NCBI GenBank assembly: GCA_009602735.1
Contig: WELA01002119.1
Location: forward strand, 318,143-381,733
Reading direction: 5' to 3'
Length of the DNA stretch: 63,591 nucleotides
Source: Mesotaenium endlicherianum
Taxonomy: Eukaryota
Below, piece after piece: positions 34,964 through 46,956 of the stretch (within the stretch, counting starts at the first letter, position 1; each line of letters opens with the position of its first letter). The notes beneath the pieces were generated by a model. The model made no database searches, was not told the DNA's origin, and saw only the letters and a program-made list of their open reading frames with translations. Both the position numbers and the translations under genes were made by a program.

Positions 34964-37182
34964 GCTGTGAAGACTGAGGCCATTTACAAGATACCTGCAC
35001 CTGGGAATGTGTCTAATCTGAAAGCCCTATTAGGGCTAAGCGAATACTATCCTAAGTTTGTGAAGGATTATAGCAGAGTTGCTAAACCCCTGACGGAACT
35101 CCTGAATAAGGATGTACCTTTTGTGTGGACAGAAGCTCAGGAGAAAGCCATGAACGAGCTTAAGGAGCGGCTGGTAACAGCCCCAGTCTTGCAAACGCCT
35201 GACTACTCCAAGCCGTTCAATCTGCACACTGACTGGAGTCGTGTGGAAATTGGCGCAGTACTCACTCAGGCCGCAAGCCCTAGAGAGGAGTATGTCATTG
35301 CCTATGCCTCACGCTCTAAAAATCGAGCGGAGAGCAACTACTCGTCCTATGAAGGAGAGTTGCTGGCAGTGGTTTGGGCGATCACACATTTCAGAGAGTA
35401 TCTGTGGGAAGACCCTTCATACTGATCACTGATCACTCACCATTACTATGGCTGATGAAGAATGGAGACCTCGCTGGTAAGTTGGCTCGCTGGGCTCTTA
35501 AGCTGCAAGAGTACCAAATGACGGTGGTGCACAGAGCAGGAGTGCTCAACAACGACGCCGACGGACTCAGCAGGAACCCAGACCCATCTTTAGACGACAG
35601 AACAGGAGCCCGAGAGGATGAAGACCCGAGCAGCCCAGCAGAGTTGGTGGCTTGCCTAGCCGAAATGGCTGGAATAGTAGCATCAGGTGAAGCTGAGCCT
35701 CTACCCCTGTTCAGTCCAAAGATTTGGAAAGATCAAGCTACTATGCACTGGCTGAAGACGAGAACTCACTTGGAAGGACTATCAGTGAAGGAGATGGACC
35801 AGGTAAACCATCGAGCTAAAAGGTTTTGCTGGAAATGCAACAACCTCTTCAAAATTGAAAAAACTGGTCAGGAGAAGTTAGTGCCAAGACCCATCAAGAG
35901 ACGAGCCCTTGTGCAGGAAATGCACGAGAACACTGGACACTATGGTGTCAAGAAGGCGTATAGTCTTTTGGAGCTGTCTTACTGGTGGAGGGGCATGAAG
36001 CAGCAGTGTGAAGATGTGATCAAGGCCTGCCAAAGCTGTGACCGCGTCAAGGCCGGTTTTACACAGCAACATCCACACTTGCAACCTTTGCCAATCATGG
36101 GCCTAGGCTACCGCTGGAGCTGCGATCTTGCAGGTGAGCTACCGCTGTGTAAACGAGGTAACAAGTATATCATGGTCATGATTGAGCATTTCTCTAAGTG
36201 GATAGAGGTTGTCCCTCTGACTGCTAAGGAGAGTCTAGGAAACGCGGAAGCGTTCCTCAATGGTGTGATTGTGCGTCATGGAGCTCCAGCAGAAGTGCTG
36301 ACAGACGAAGGGTTTGAGTTCCAAGGGTCTTTTCAGAAACTCTTGGACAGATGCTTCATCGATCATCGCACTACGTCTAGAGATCATCCGCAAGCAGATG
36401 GTCTGGCAGAAAGGATGGTGCATACCATTAAGTCTGCTTTGCGTAAGTTTTGCCTTGAGCATGACAAGCGTGACTGGGATCTAGCCCTGCCATGGCTGGT
36501 TATGGGTTACAGATTTAGCAAGCAGGCTGCCTTGGCAAATTACTCGCCATATCAGATACTGTTTGGCAGAAGTCCAGTAGTGCCCAGCAGCATCAAGCAG
36601 GAGATTGAACAGGTGAAAGACCTGGACAGCCCTGATGAATTGTTAAAAGTGATGGTGCGCCGTAAGGCGTTATTTGAGCGCATGATGCCGACTGCACTAG
36701 ACAATCTGAAAATTGTACAGAAAAGAGATACGCAACGTTACGCCGGGACGCGAGACGGGAGCTACTGCCTGCAGATGATGCAGATTCAAGAAGGAGATTC
36801 TGTCTACCGCAAGCGCCAGACCAAGACCACCATCGACACCAGTTCAGGTGCTGTGATCTTGCGCGTGAAACATGCGTTTGACAATGGTGTGTTTAAACTG
36901 AAAGGTTTTGATGGTAAAACCATGAGAGACCACGTGCAGAATTGCTCGCTATGCCATTTGCCGAATATTGATCCCACAGTTAGGGTTGTGCCCGAGGAAT
37001 TGGTGCCAGCCACGCCTTGTGCCAGCTGCAAAGTGCTGGACGATCAGGAAGCAATGGTAACTTGCGATAAGTGTGGTGCCCGTTGGCACACTTTTTGCAT
37101 TGGCGAGGAAGAAATTATTGCAGGACGATGGGAATATCCTAATTGCCTTCCTAAAGCCCCTAGCCGCAGGGCTGGAAAATAA
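34964..37182 (+). pseudogene. pol: RT thumb, RNase H, integrase and C-terminal PHD finger of the DNMT-bearing element
   Basis: LGLSEYYPKFVKDYS; LHTDWS..IGAVLTQ; NYSSYEGELLAVVWAI; integrase HENTGHYG..CQSC, WSCDL, LTDEG, DGLAER; PHD CASC..MVTCDKC..WHTFC..W.YPNC. One frameshift near 35405. Confidence 0.92.
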
Positions 37183-38067
37183 CAGCTTTCAGCAAAAAAG
37201 GCAGGGACGCCTCAGCTGAAAGGGAGGGGTGTAAGAGGAATTAAGGCAAGGCAAGTATTTTTAAATTTTCTGCTAAAGTCTTAGGATAAGCAAATGGTGA
37301 GAGCTGGGTGACTGTAATGAATCAGTATATTAGTTGACATAATATTCATTTAAATAATATAGTTAAAGAAGTTCAGCCTGCTGAACTCTAGTTAATGATC
37401 AGTCTGCTCGACTTTATATTTAATATCAGTTTAATGACTCGGCCAGAAGTAGCAGGCTGATGTCACCTTAAGTCAGCTTGCTGACACATTCTTTGACAGC
37501 CAGCTGACTTCCGTACTCGGTAGCAGCGAACTGCCTCGATATGCATCTAAGTGTGGTATGCTAGATGAATGGCCAGATGACATCCCTATGATGGATGGCA
37601 ATTCGGGATGATGGGAGATGGCGGTGGATTTGGTTAACCGAGGTCCTACCAACGTGGTTAACTCCCGGGTAGGCGGTGCCATCGCACTGACCGTTGAACA
37701 GTAAACTCATTCCATGTACATATGCTAGGCATTGCTCTCGAGTTCGGCATTCGAAAACGAGGCCAACTCTCTTGTACAGCTTACTGAGAGAGATCTGAAT
37801 CCAAGGCGAGCAGCCATTGATGCGCACTGTCTTCTAACCTTGCTTATGTATGAGTTTACTGATTTGCATTATTGATGCTAGTTTACTCGCATTTGACTTA
37901 CGAGTATTATTCACTGTTAGTGTGCTGTCCTTTGCGGTTTAACCAGTTAACGGAAAATACCATAAAGATTACTTGCTGATATAAAGATCTTTATTAATTG
38001 TTAATCGCCTATTTGGTAAGTCAATTCAGTTTAGTGGTATCGGAGCAGTTATCACAGTCTTTTTTGT

Positions 38068-39554
38068 ATGGTAAGGACAAGGTCTCAAACTAGCAACTCT
38101 CGAGACATGGAGAAGCAGGATAACAAGAATGTCGAAAACCAGGCGAAAAGCCATGTAGTGGGAACGTGTACCTATTCTGAAGCAGTAGCAGATGCTGCAG
38201 CTAGAGAGGCTACAGATGAGGCAGCTGCTATTGCCGCAGTCGCAGCACAGCAAGCTGAGGAGGAGAGAGCCAGATTAGAAGCTGAACAATTAGCAAAGGC
38301 CGCTGAAGATACAGAAAGGAGGGAAGGACAGCCAGCTGACGAGCACACTGTTGAAGAACTTATGGCATCAAGGGACAATGTTATGAACCCACCTCCTGCT
38401 GTACAACTCAGTGTACCCCTAGGTCAAATACGTGACCGGCTGAATGCGGCAGGAATTGCTGCTGCAGGAGCGAGAGGGACTGTTGAGGACACTACTCAGC
38501 GAGTAGATGCCAATGCTGCTGCTGCTTTTGCTTGACTACCTCCCAAGAGTGTAGACTTGGGAGCATTGTTTGTTCAAATGCAATCGCAAATGGCGACCAT
38601 GTATCAGTCCCAACAGGAGGACAAAAGAATCATAATGTCTCTACTGCGGGACAGATTCCAACTGGGGTCTCACACCACTAGTGGTGGTGGCTGAGGGCCT
38701 AGTAAGCCCAAGCCGAAACCTCCCCAGGACTATGATCCTGAGGGAAACAGAAAATATTACCTGATCAAGTTTCTCGCGGATGTTGAGCAGTGGCTGGAGA
38801 ACTACCCAGAACTGCAAGATTACGAGAAGGTCAGGCACACCGGTGCGCTACTGAAAGGCAGTGCCGCAGACTGGTGGCTTTACTGGAAGGAAGAGCGTAA
38901 GGCTCGGCAACTCGGTGACCCTACGTGGGTAGAATTTGTCGAGAAGTTGCATGAGAAGTTTGATGTCATCAACCAGCAGGAGAAAGCAATCTATNAATCT
39001 ATGCCATGATCTCCCTGACACTGAAGCAGACCACTTCAGTTGCTGAGCTTGCTCAAAAGTTCCAGGTGAACATTATGAAACAGCCAGACTTGTCAGAACG
39101 GTATAGGATAGCATACTTCAGGTATGGCTTGAAATCCGAAGTCTCTGGTCATTTTGCTGAGAAAAAGTATGAGAAACTGGCTGACTTGATCCAGGATGCT
39201 GACGCCTGGGATCAGCAGCAGTTCAATCACAAGCGCCAGAGTAACGCTTTGGTGTCTAAGATTGTCAAAAAACCCCACGGTTCCTACAATGCAATTGAAG
39301 GAGACCAGGCTGAGGATAATCAGGGTGATGAATATGAGTATGAGTATAATGCTATTCAGTCTAGAGGTAGAGGTGGTTCCTCTCGAGGTGGCTATGGAAG
39401 GGGTGGTGGTAGGACTAAGCCGAGACCAGCCTCAGCGAAATCGATTTGCTTTCATTGCCAACAGCCAAGTCACTTCAGAGAGCAGTGTCCAGAAAAGCAC
39501 CTTCCTAAGGTCGAGAGAAAAGACCAGCCTTTAAAAGACAACAACAGTCAGTAA
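38068..39554 (+). pseudogene. gag: Gag of element C
   Basis: Collinear with gag of A; stops at 38533 and near 38692, frameshift at the n at 38995. Confidence 0.92.
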
Positions 39555-39622
39555 TCCAGTCTACTGACTGTGAGGATGCTAGAGATAGTGAGTCGTCACT
39601 AGCTGCCCTCGTAGCAGGTATT

Positions 39623-42600
39623 ATGGGTCCTGCTGAACTGGATTCACTATGCATGCCTGACAACCAGATAAAGGAGACCATCAGCAATATAGACGTCCAG
39701 AGAGTGCACACTCTGGATGCTCTTGTTCCACCTGATGTCCAACATTTCTTTGCTACGTCAGGAGAACAATGCGAAAGTCAGGAAAAGACAGTCCCCCCTA
39801 TCCTACTGCATTGCATGATTGCAGGTAGGAAGGTGAGGGCATTTGTTGACGGAGGGGCGTCACATACTTTTATCCATAAGGACTTAGTTAAGCGGCTAAG
39901 GCTGCCTATTGTCACCCAAGCGAATAGAAATATATTCCTTGGAAATGCCTCAAGTATCCCGGGAGGAGTTACAACCAAGCCTATTGAGCTACAGTTAGGT
40001 TCTGGCATTGCAGTTCTAACTGAAACGCTTACATTTGAGGTACTCAACACTGGCTTTTATAATCTTGTGCTAGGCAGGTCCTGGCTTAATAGACATCAAG
40101 CTGAAGTGTGTTGGAGCAGAGGTACAGTTAAAGTGAGAGGAGCCAGTGATGGGCAGACTGACTTGGCACCCACCAGTGCTCTTCCTCTTGTCCTGTGTGG
40201 ATGGCAAATGAAGGAAAAGAAGAGGCTTCCAGAAGGATGCAAGTTGCTGAATGCAATGGAGTTCGTCAAAAGCTGGAACCAGAAGGAAGACAGAATGTTC
40301 TGTCTGCTGCTAAGAGAGGTACCTCCTCAACCTGAAGAAGTGGTTGAGAAAAAGGTAAGCCCTCCGGAGCACCCTACTGCTGCAAAAATTGTTGCTCAGT
40401 ACACTGATGTATTTAATATGCCTCCAGGACTACCCCCTAAGAGGGAAGTAGATCATAGGATTGATCTATTACCTGGGAGTCAGCCACCTTGGCAACGCAC
40501 GTATGGCTTGTCTTATGTGGAGAGCGAGGAGTTGAAAACACAGATTGCAGAGCTTGAGGAAAATGGTTATATTTCTCCCAGTAAATCGCCTTACGGCGCA
40601 CCCATCCTATTTGTTAAGAAAAAGGATGGCAGTATGCAGATGTGTGTGGATTACGGAGCCCTGAACAGAATTACAGTAAGGAACAAGTATGCTTTACCCA
40701 GGATCGAAGACTTGCTTGATACCCTATCTGCTGCTAAGGTGTTCAGTAAGATAGATCTCAAGAGTGGTTATCATCAAATCAGAATTGCTGAGGGGGATGA
40801 ACACAAAACTGCCTTCCATACACGTTATGGACACTATGAGTTCAACGTGATGCCATTTGGACTGACTAACGCTCCTGCCACCTTCATGGGTGCTATGAAT
40901 GACATTTTCAGACCTTATTTGGATAAGTTTGTGCAAGTTTTCCTGGATGATATTTTAATTTTCTCTAAAGATGAAGCTCAGCACGCTGAACACTTAAAGA
41001 CAGTCCTGGACACTCTGAGAACGAATCACTTATATGCTAAAATGAGCAAGTGTAATTTCTTTAAAGACAGTATTGAATTCTTAGGCCACATTGTCAGTAA
41101 AGAGGGCATCACTGTGGATCCTAAGAAAGTCCAGACCATAAGGGACTGGCCAGTATCACAGTCTGTCTCTGAAGTTAGATCCTTCCTCGGGTTGGCTAAC
41201 TACTATAGGAAATTTATTGAGAATTATTCCACAAAGGCCAGTATACTGACTGACCTTACTAAGAAAGACATAGGGTATGTGTGGGGGGGATAGCAGCAGG
41301 TTGCCTTCCAGATCCTTAAAGATGCCCTTTGTTCTGCCCGCGTGCTAGCCGTGTATGACGCAATGGGTGCTATTTTGAGCATTTGAGCATTTGAGCCCAA
41401 ACATTCGAGCCTAGCCCCACTACTGGTGTGTGTCGTGCTACTGCAATCGGGTATAAGCTTAAGGGAGGGGTCTGGGTGACTGAAACCACTTCAGGGAGGC
41501 TGAAGCTGGTCATTCCTAATAACTTGGAAATAAGGTCTCTCTTACTGAGTCAAGCGCATGACTGTCTCCTGGGTGGACATTTGGGGCAGGCCAAAACTGT
41601 TGGCAAATTGGCAAAACATTATCATTGGGAGGGGTTACCCCGGGAGGTCTTGAAATATGTCAAGTCCTGTGACCAGTGTCAGAGAAATAAGTCTCGGCAC
41701 ACACCACCCGGAGGTCTCTTGCAACCACTGCCCATCCCAGCTAGACGCTGGGAAACTATATCCATGGACTGGGTGGTCTCACTACCAAGAATTGCCAATG
41801 GGCATGATTCAATACTGGTAGCCGTGGATAAACTGACAAAAATGGTCATTTTCATCCCCACAACTGTCAAAGTGACTGCACTCAAAACAGCGAGACAATT
41901 CTACAACCATGTAGTATGCCAACATAGGCTCCCTTCTAATATCATTTCAGACAGAGACTCAAAATTCACCTCTAAGTTCTAGAGAGCTTTAATGGGGTTG
42001 ATGGGAGTCAAACAGCTGCTCAGCACAGCAAACCACCCTCAGACTGATGGGCAAACTGAAAGAACTAATCGAGTTCTGCAGGAGGTTCTGAGAGCATATA
42101 TTAACCAAAAACAAGATAATTGGGACGACCTGTTGCCTCAAATTCAGTTTGCGGTCAACACTGCGGTGCACACGTCAACGGGCAAGACTCCTTTTGAACT
42201 CAGCCTGGGTAGAGTTCCTAAGTCTACTTTAGATGTCCTGGGGGAGTCTTTAACTGGCCCCGAAGGGATTGACAACCCGGTCTCCCTCCAGTTAACTCAG
42301 GAGTTTGCTGACACCCTGTCAGAAGTCCAACAAAACCTGCACAAAGCCCAAGACAACCAACAAAAATACGCTAATCAACACCGTTGGCAGCTGACATTTT
42401 CTAAGGGCGATTTAGTCAAACTGCATTCTCAGCACCTGTACCTCCCTGGTGTGGTCAAGAAAAAGCTTAGCCCTCTCTGGGTCGGTCCATATTCGGTAGT
42501 GCGTCGTGTCGGTCAAAATGCTTACAAACTGAACATGTCAGCTGACTACAAGGGTCACTCGGTCTTTAATGTCTCCTTCTCAGAACCATACATCAAAGGT

Positions 42601-42859
42601 GATGCACTGTTCACCGGTCGGTCACCTGTCCAACCGGGACCGGTCCCCGCTGTCCGGGACGGCGATCCTGAGGAATATGAGGTCGATGAGATTTTAGACG
42701 CTCGCTCGGTCCGTCGATCGTCAAAATATGTCATGAAGTACCTCATCCGATGGAAGGGTTACGATGCCTCTGGGGACACTTGGGAATGTAAAGACCAGCT
42801 GACCANCCAAAGGGGCGTTGAAACGGTTCCACCTTCTTGCGGCTGGGGCACCGCCCTAA
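39623..42859 (+). pseudogene. pol: Pol of element C, RNase H deleted
   Basis: Collinear with A. Stops at 41291 and 41980; about 0.5 kb covering RNase H is missing near 41360-41400. Confidence 0.92.
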
Positions 42860-43183
42860 CTGTCCCTTCAGTAGACATGGGAAGGTGACAGGAGGTCCTG
42901 TCTCCATATAATTTGGAGGGGGCTGTGACAGTTAGTGACAGTTGTGACAAGCAGCCCACCTTTAAAATTAAGTTGGAGGGAGTGGTATTCTCTGATCACC
43001 ATATTACAGACTCAACCTGCGCTCACCCTCACTTGCTCTCTAACTCAATTTTCCCTTATATTCACTTACACCAGGTATTCCACACTAGGAACTCTCCCGA
43101 TCGCGTTCCTCTTCATCAAGGGCACTCAGTAGCGGCAAAACATCATGACTTCACTAACTGCATTGTGTTTATGATTGAGCAGG

Positions 43184-44848
43184 ATGACTCAAAAGTTGGA
43201 ACTCAAGCGGAAGAGAAGGGCGGAAGAGGCACGTGCTGAATACTTGCAATTTCGTGGAGACATCGAATCATCTTCCATCTCCGCTCGGGAATCACAACGA
43301 CTCCAACAACAGCGGGAGGCACAGAAGAAGAAGGAGGAGGAGGAACACGCACTGAGGCAGGAAGAAATGGACAGAAAAGCCGCAGAGGAGGTCAAGAAAG
43401 CAGAGGAGGAGAGGCAAGCTGAGGAGAAGCGGAAGCAGCAGGCTGAAGAAGAAGAACAGAGGAGAATCAGCAGCTACCGCTACACGGTGCTGGGCAAGGG
43501 CTTTGATCTACTGGAGGAGGCCTTCAAGTATGCCCAGAGAAGTCGCAGTGAGTCGCAGAAGGAAATCCTCCAGAAGGAAGGGGAGACATCCGAAAACTTT
43601 GACAAGTATATAGAGGTCGGCACAGGGCTCCTCCTCTACCACGATTACGCCAGGATGGTAGGATATACCATCGGAGAGGCCAAGGCAATGGCCCAGGTGA
43701 ACGAAGCAGGAGCTGTCTCGATTCCTGGTATCTGGGGGGCAGATAGGGTCATCAGGATGATCCCCATGGACGCGGACAGCTTCAAGGACTCAACACCCCA
43801 CAACAGGTTCAAGGCCATGTACAATGAGGTGGAGAGGAGGAGCTGGGAATTCTTGGCCAGGGAAACCAGTCAGCTGGACTTTGCAGGGCACTGGTACCCT
43901 TGTACTCTTAAAAAGACAGACGCTGCCTTCTTCCAAAAGCCCACTGATTGGCGGTGGATGACCATCAACATGAGGGACCAGCAGAATGACAGGGCGACGG
44001 ATGAGGATTTCCTGACAGACCTAAAGGGGAACATAGTATTGCCCCCTCACATTGCGGCTTGGGACCCAAGATTGGATGGAGTCAGAGACTGCATGAGCCA
44101 AGAGATGCAGGGGGACAGAAGCAGGGCCCGAGAGTCATTCTCCAAAGGGAAGCACGCTTATGCCAAATGGGCAAGTAAGCAGGGGGAAAAGGACCTCTAT
44201 GCGGTCCGGACTCAGCAGCCCCCACCAGCACCCAAAAGGGGAAGGTCAGTAGGATATTCTTTTTCTCGGGAAGAGCTGGAGCAGCTGACAGAAGGGACCC
44301 CAGAAGTCTCAGAGGAACCCGGGGACGGAGAGGAGGAGGAGTCAGAGGAAGACGAGGAGGAAGGCGAGGAGGAGGACACTAGCCCCGCCGTGAACTTAAC
44401 GCCTGCCACATCCCCTGTAAGGGAGAAGACGGGGTTGGCCCTGCAGCAACTCGCTGAAGAGGAGAATATCACTTGGCTGGGGACTGCCAGAGGATCGACC
44501 CCATCTCCAGGCAAGGAGACCCAGTCAGACAGGGCAGACAGGAGGGCTGCTCGGGAGATAGCTAGAGGCCTGCCAGCATCTCCTTCGCAGAGAGGGCATG
44601 TACCCTTGGCTCATGTCATGCAACATCCTTTTGGGATGCCGGTATACGTACCTGTCAGTTTGAGGGCTGCCCAGAAGAAGGCTGCCTCCCTTCAGTTTCA
44701 AACTGTGCAGGAGGAAACAGCCCAGTTACTGCGTTCTCCGCGGGGTTTTTACACAGAACCTCCCTCTCTGACAGGCTTCAGAAGACCCCAAGACAGGAGG
44801 AGGTCTGGCTCCCCTGAGTATAGGGCCTCAAAGACATCTCCCTCCTAA
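43184..44848 (+). CDS. ORF3 of element C (divergent C-type)
   Basis: Intact ORF sharing YRYTV, MVGYT, DSFKD, YNEVERRSWE.LARE, PTDWRWMT, LPPHIA.WDPRL, FSKGKHA and GHVPLA.V.QHP.GMPVYV with A-type ORF3. Confidence 0.88.
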   Translation: MTQKLELKRKRRAEEARAEYLQFRGDIESSSISARESQRLQQQREAQKKKEEEEHALRQEEMDRKAAEEVKKAEEERQAEEKRKQQAEEEEQRRISSYRYTVLGKGFDLLEEAFKYAQRSRSESQKEILQKEGETSENFDKYIEVGTGLLLYHDYARMVGYTIGEAKAMAQVNEAGAVSIPGIWGADRVIRMIPMDADSFKDSTPHNRFKAMYNEVERRSWEFLARETSQLDFAGHWYPCTLKKTDAAFFQKPTDWRWMTINMRDQQNDRATDEDFLTDLKGNIVLPPHIAAWDPRLDGVRDCMSQEMQGDRSRARESFSKGKHAYAKWASKQGEKDLYAVRTQQPPPAPKRGRSVGYSFSREELEQLTEGTPEVSEEPGDGEEEESEEDEEEGEEEDTSPAVNLTPATSPVREKTGLALQQLAEEENITWLGTARGSTPSPGKETQSDRADRRAAREIARGLPASPSQRGHVPLAHVMQHPFGMPVYVPVSLRAAQKKAASLQFQTVQEETAQLLRSPRGFYTEPPSLTGFRRPQDRRRSGSPEYRASKTSPS

Positions 44849-46956
44849 TGGCAGTAGGCTGGGGACGGAAGGGACAGCACGCTGTTATTAGTGTTAGTGT
44901 GGTCAAGGCGACAACATGATAAGTTGGAGGAATTGTAACGAATCAGTATATTGGTTGACATAATATTCATTTAAATAATATAGTTAAATAAGTTCAGCCT
45001 GCTGAACTCTAGTTAATGATCAGTCTGCTGGACTTTATATTTAATATCAGTTTAATGACTCGGCCGGAACTAGCAGGCTGATGTCACCTTAAGTCAGCTT
45101 GCTGACACAATCTTGGACAGCCAGCTGACTTCCGTACTCCGTAGCAGCAAACTGCCTCGATATGCTTTCAAGTGTGGTATGCTAGATGAATGGCCAGATG
45201 ACATCCCTATGATGGATGGCGATTCGGGATGATGGGAGATGGCGGTGGATTTGGTTAACCGAGGTCCTACCAACGTGGTTAACTCCCGGGTAGGCGGTGC
45301 CATCGCTCTGGCCGTTGAACAGTAAACTCATTCCATGTACATATGCTATGCATTGCTCTCGAGTTCGGCATTTGGAAACGAGGCCAACTCTCTTGTACAG
45401 CTTACTGAGAGAGATCTGAATCCAAGGCGAGAAGCCATTGATACGCACTGTCTTCTAACCTTGCTTATGTATGAGTTTATTGATTTGCATTATTGATGCT
45501 AGTTTACTCGCATTTGACTTACGAGTATTATTCACTGCTAGTGTGTTGTCCTTTGCCGTTTAACCAGTTAACGGAAAATATCATAAAGATTACTTGCTGA
45601 TATAAAGATCTTTATTAATTGTTAATCGCCTATTTGGTAAGTCGATTCATTTCAGTGACAGAGAACGTCACCCTGAGTGTTGGTCAAGGCTGCATGGTGC
45701 ATGTAGTGAAACAGATAGATAAAGTACTTAGTGAAATAGAATACTTTATTCAAGACAAGGATCTTTGGTAGCTTCTTGAAAAAGAGATGGCTTCTTGAAA
45801 GTTAATATATTTCTGGATGTTGGCAAGTACAAGAGTGATTCTGGAATGTCTTTCTATGTTCTAGCTTTTGTTTATATACTTGCTACATAAGTAATTTATA
45901 GAAAAGTGTATGTTGATGTGTTGGCATCCAACACATCCCAAAACTTGCCACCTCTTTCTAGAATAATGTACACATGTCCTTTTGACCTAAAAATGGCACA
46001 TTTGACTTTTGCCACATGGAGTTCTTCTAGGTCTTTCCTCTAACTTCGAAAATGCCTTGGAAGGTTCAAAGGACATGAACCAAGTTACTAGAGTACCTAT
46101 TCACACTTGACTCCACACAATACTACTCCAAATATATTTGAAAACATTAAAATATATGCAAACTAATATATAATAACTCAAATCACTACATCACCCCCCC
46201 GATAGAAAAAGCGACGTCTCGGCGCGTCAAGTCAGGTCTTACACATGTGGAGCAAACTAGTCAACAGTTTCAAGTCAGATGCCACACATGTGAAGAGGAC
46301 TAGTCAAAGGCGCCAAGTCAGGTGCTACACATGTAAGGTAGACTAGGCAAGGTCGTAGGTGGTGTGACCTTATTGGCTAGCCTACTCCTTAATGATAAAG
46401 AAAATTGTACAAGTTGGCCCAGAATCTGCCACGAACTCAAAAGTTCATAGCGGCCACAGAACTGCTCCAAATCTAAAAATTCGAGTGCCAGACGGACCGC
46501 GTCAGAGAACTCTACCGGGTCACCAAATTTGAGAGCATTCTAATTTCTGGAGTGTCGTTGAGAGCTGAGAGAGTAGGCACTCCTCCAAATCTAAGCAGAA
46601 ACTTCTGAAAATCACAAGTCCTTCTATACTTCTCCGAATTCTGCAAAGTAAGTCTCAAAATGAGCGCTGTAAGATGTTCTACCAGAGTCTTGAGTTTCAA
46701 AGCATTCCAAGTTTAGGGGAGGGCACAATGTCAAAAGGCATATTCTGCCCTAACAATGCCAGCAGCTTGACCCCCTTCTACTTAGAGCATCATATCTCTC
46801 TCAGTGCTCCAAATTGAGCAACCTTGAACTCTAAATGGCCGGCTACTTATGGACTACAGCCAGGTAAATTTTCAGAATTATTTATGCAGAGACCTATCAC
46901 TAGTAGCAGTTTTATATTTCTGTTCAGAAACTGTGAGAAGAGAAGAGTGTCTAATG

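Larger units (their letters stand above)
37313..45654 (+). mobile_element. Element C: family-1 copy with decayed gag/pol and a divergent, intact ORF3
   Basis: LTRs 37313-38033 and 44934-45654; TSD GTGAC (37308-37312, 45655-45659); PBS at 38035. Confidence 0.96.
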
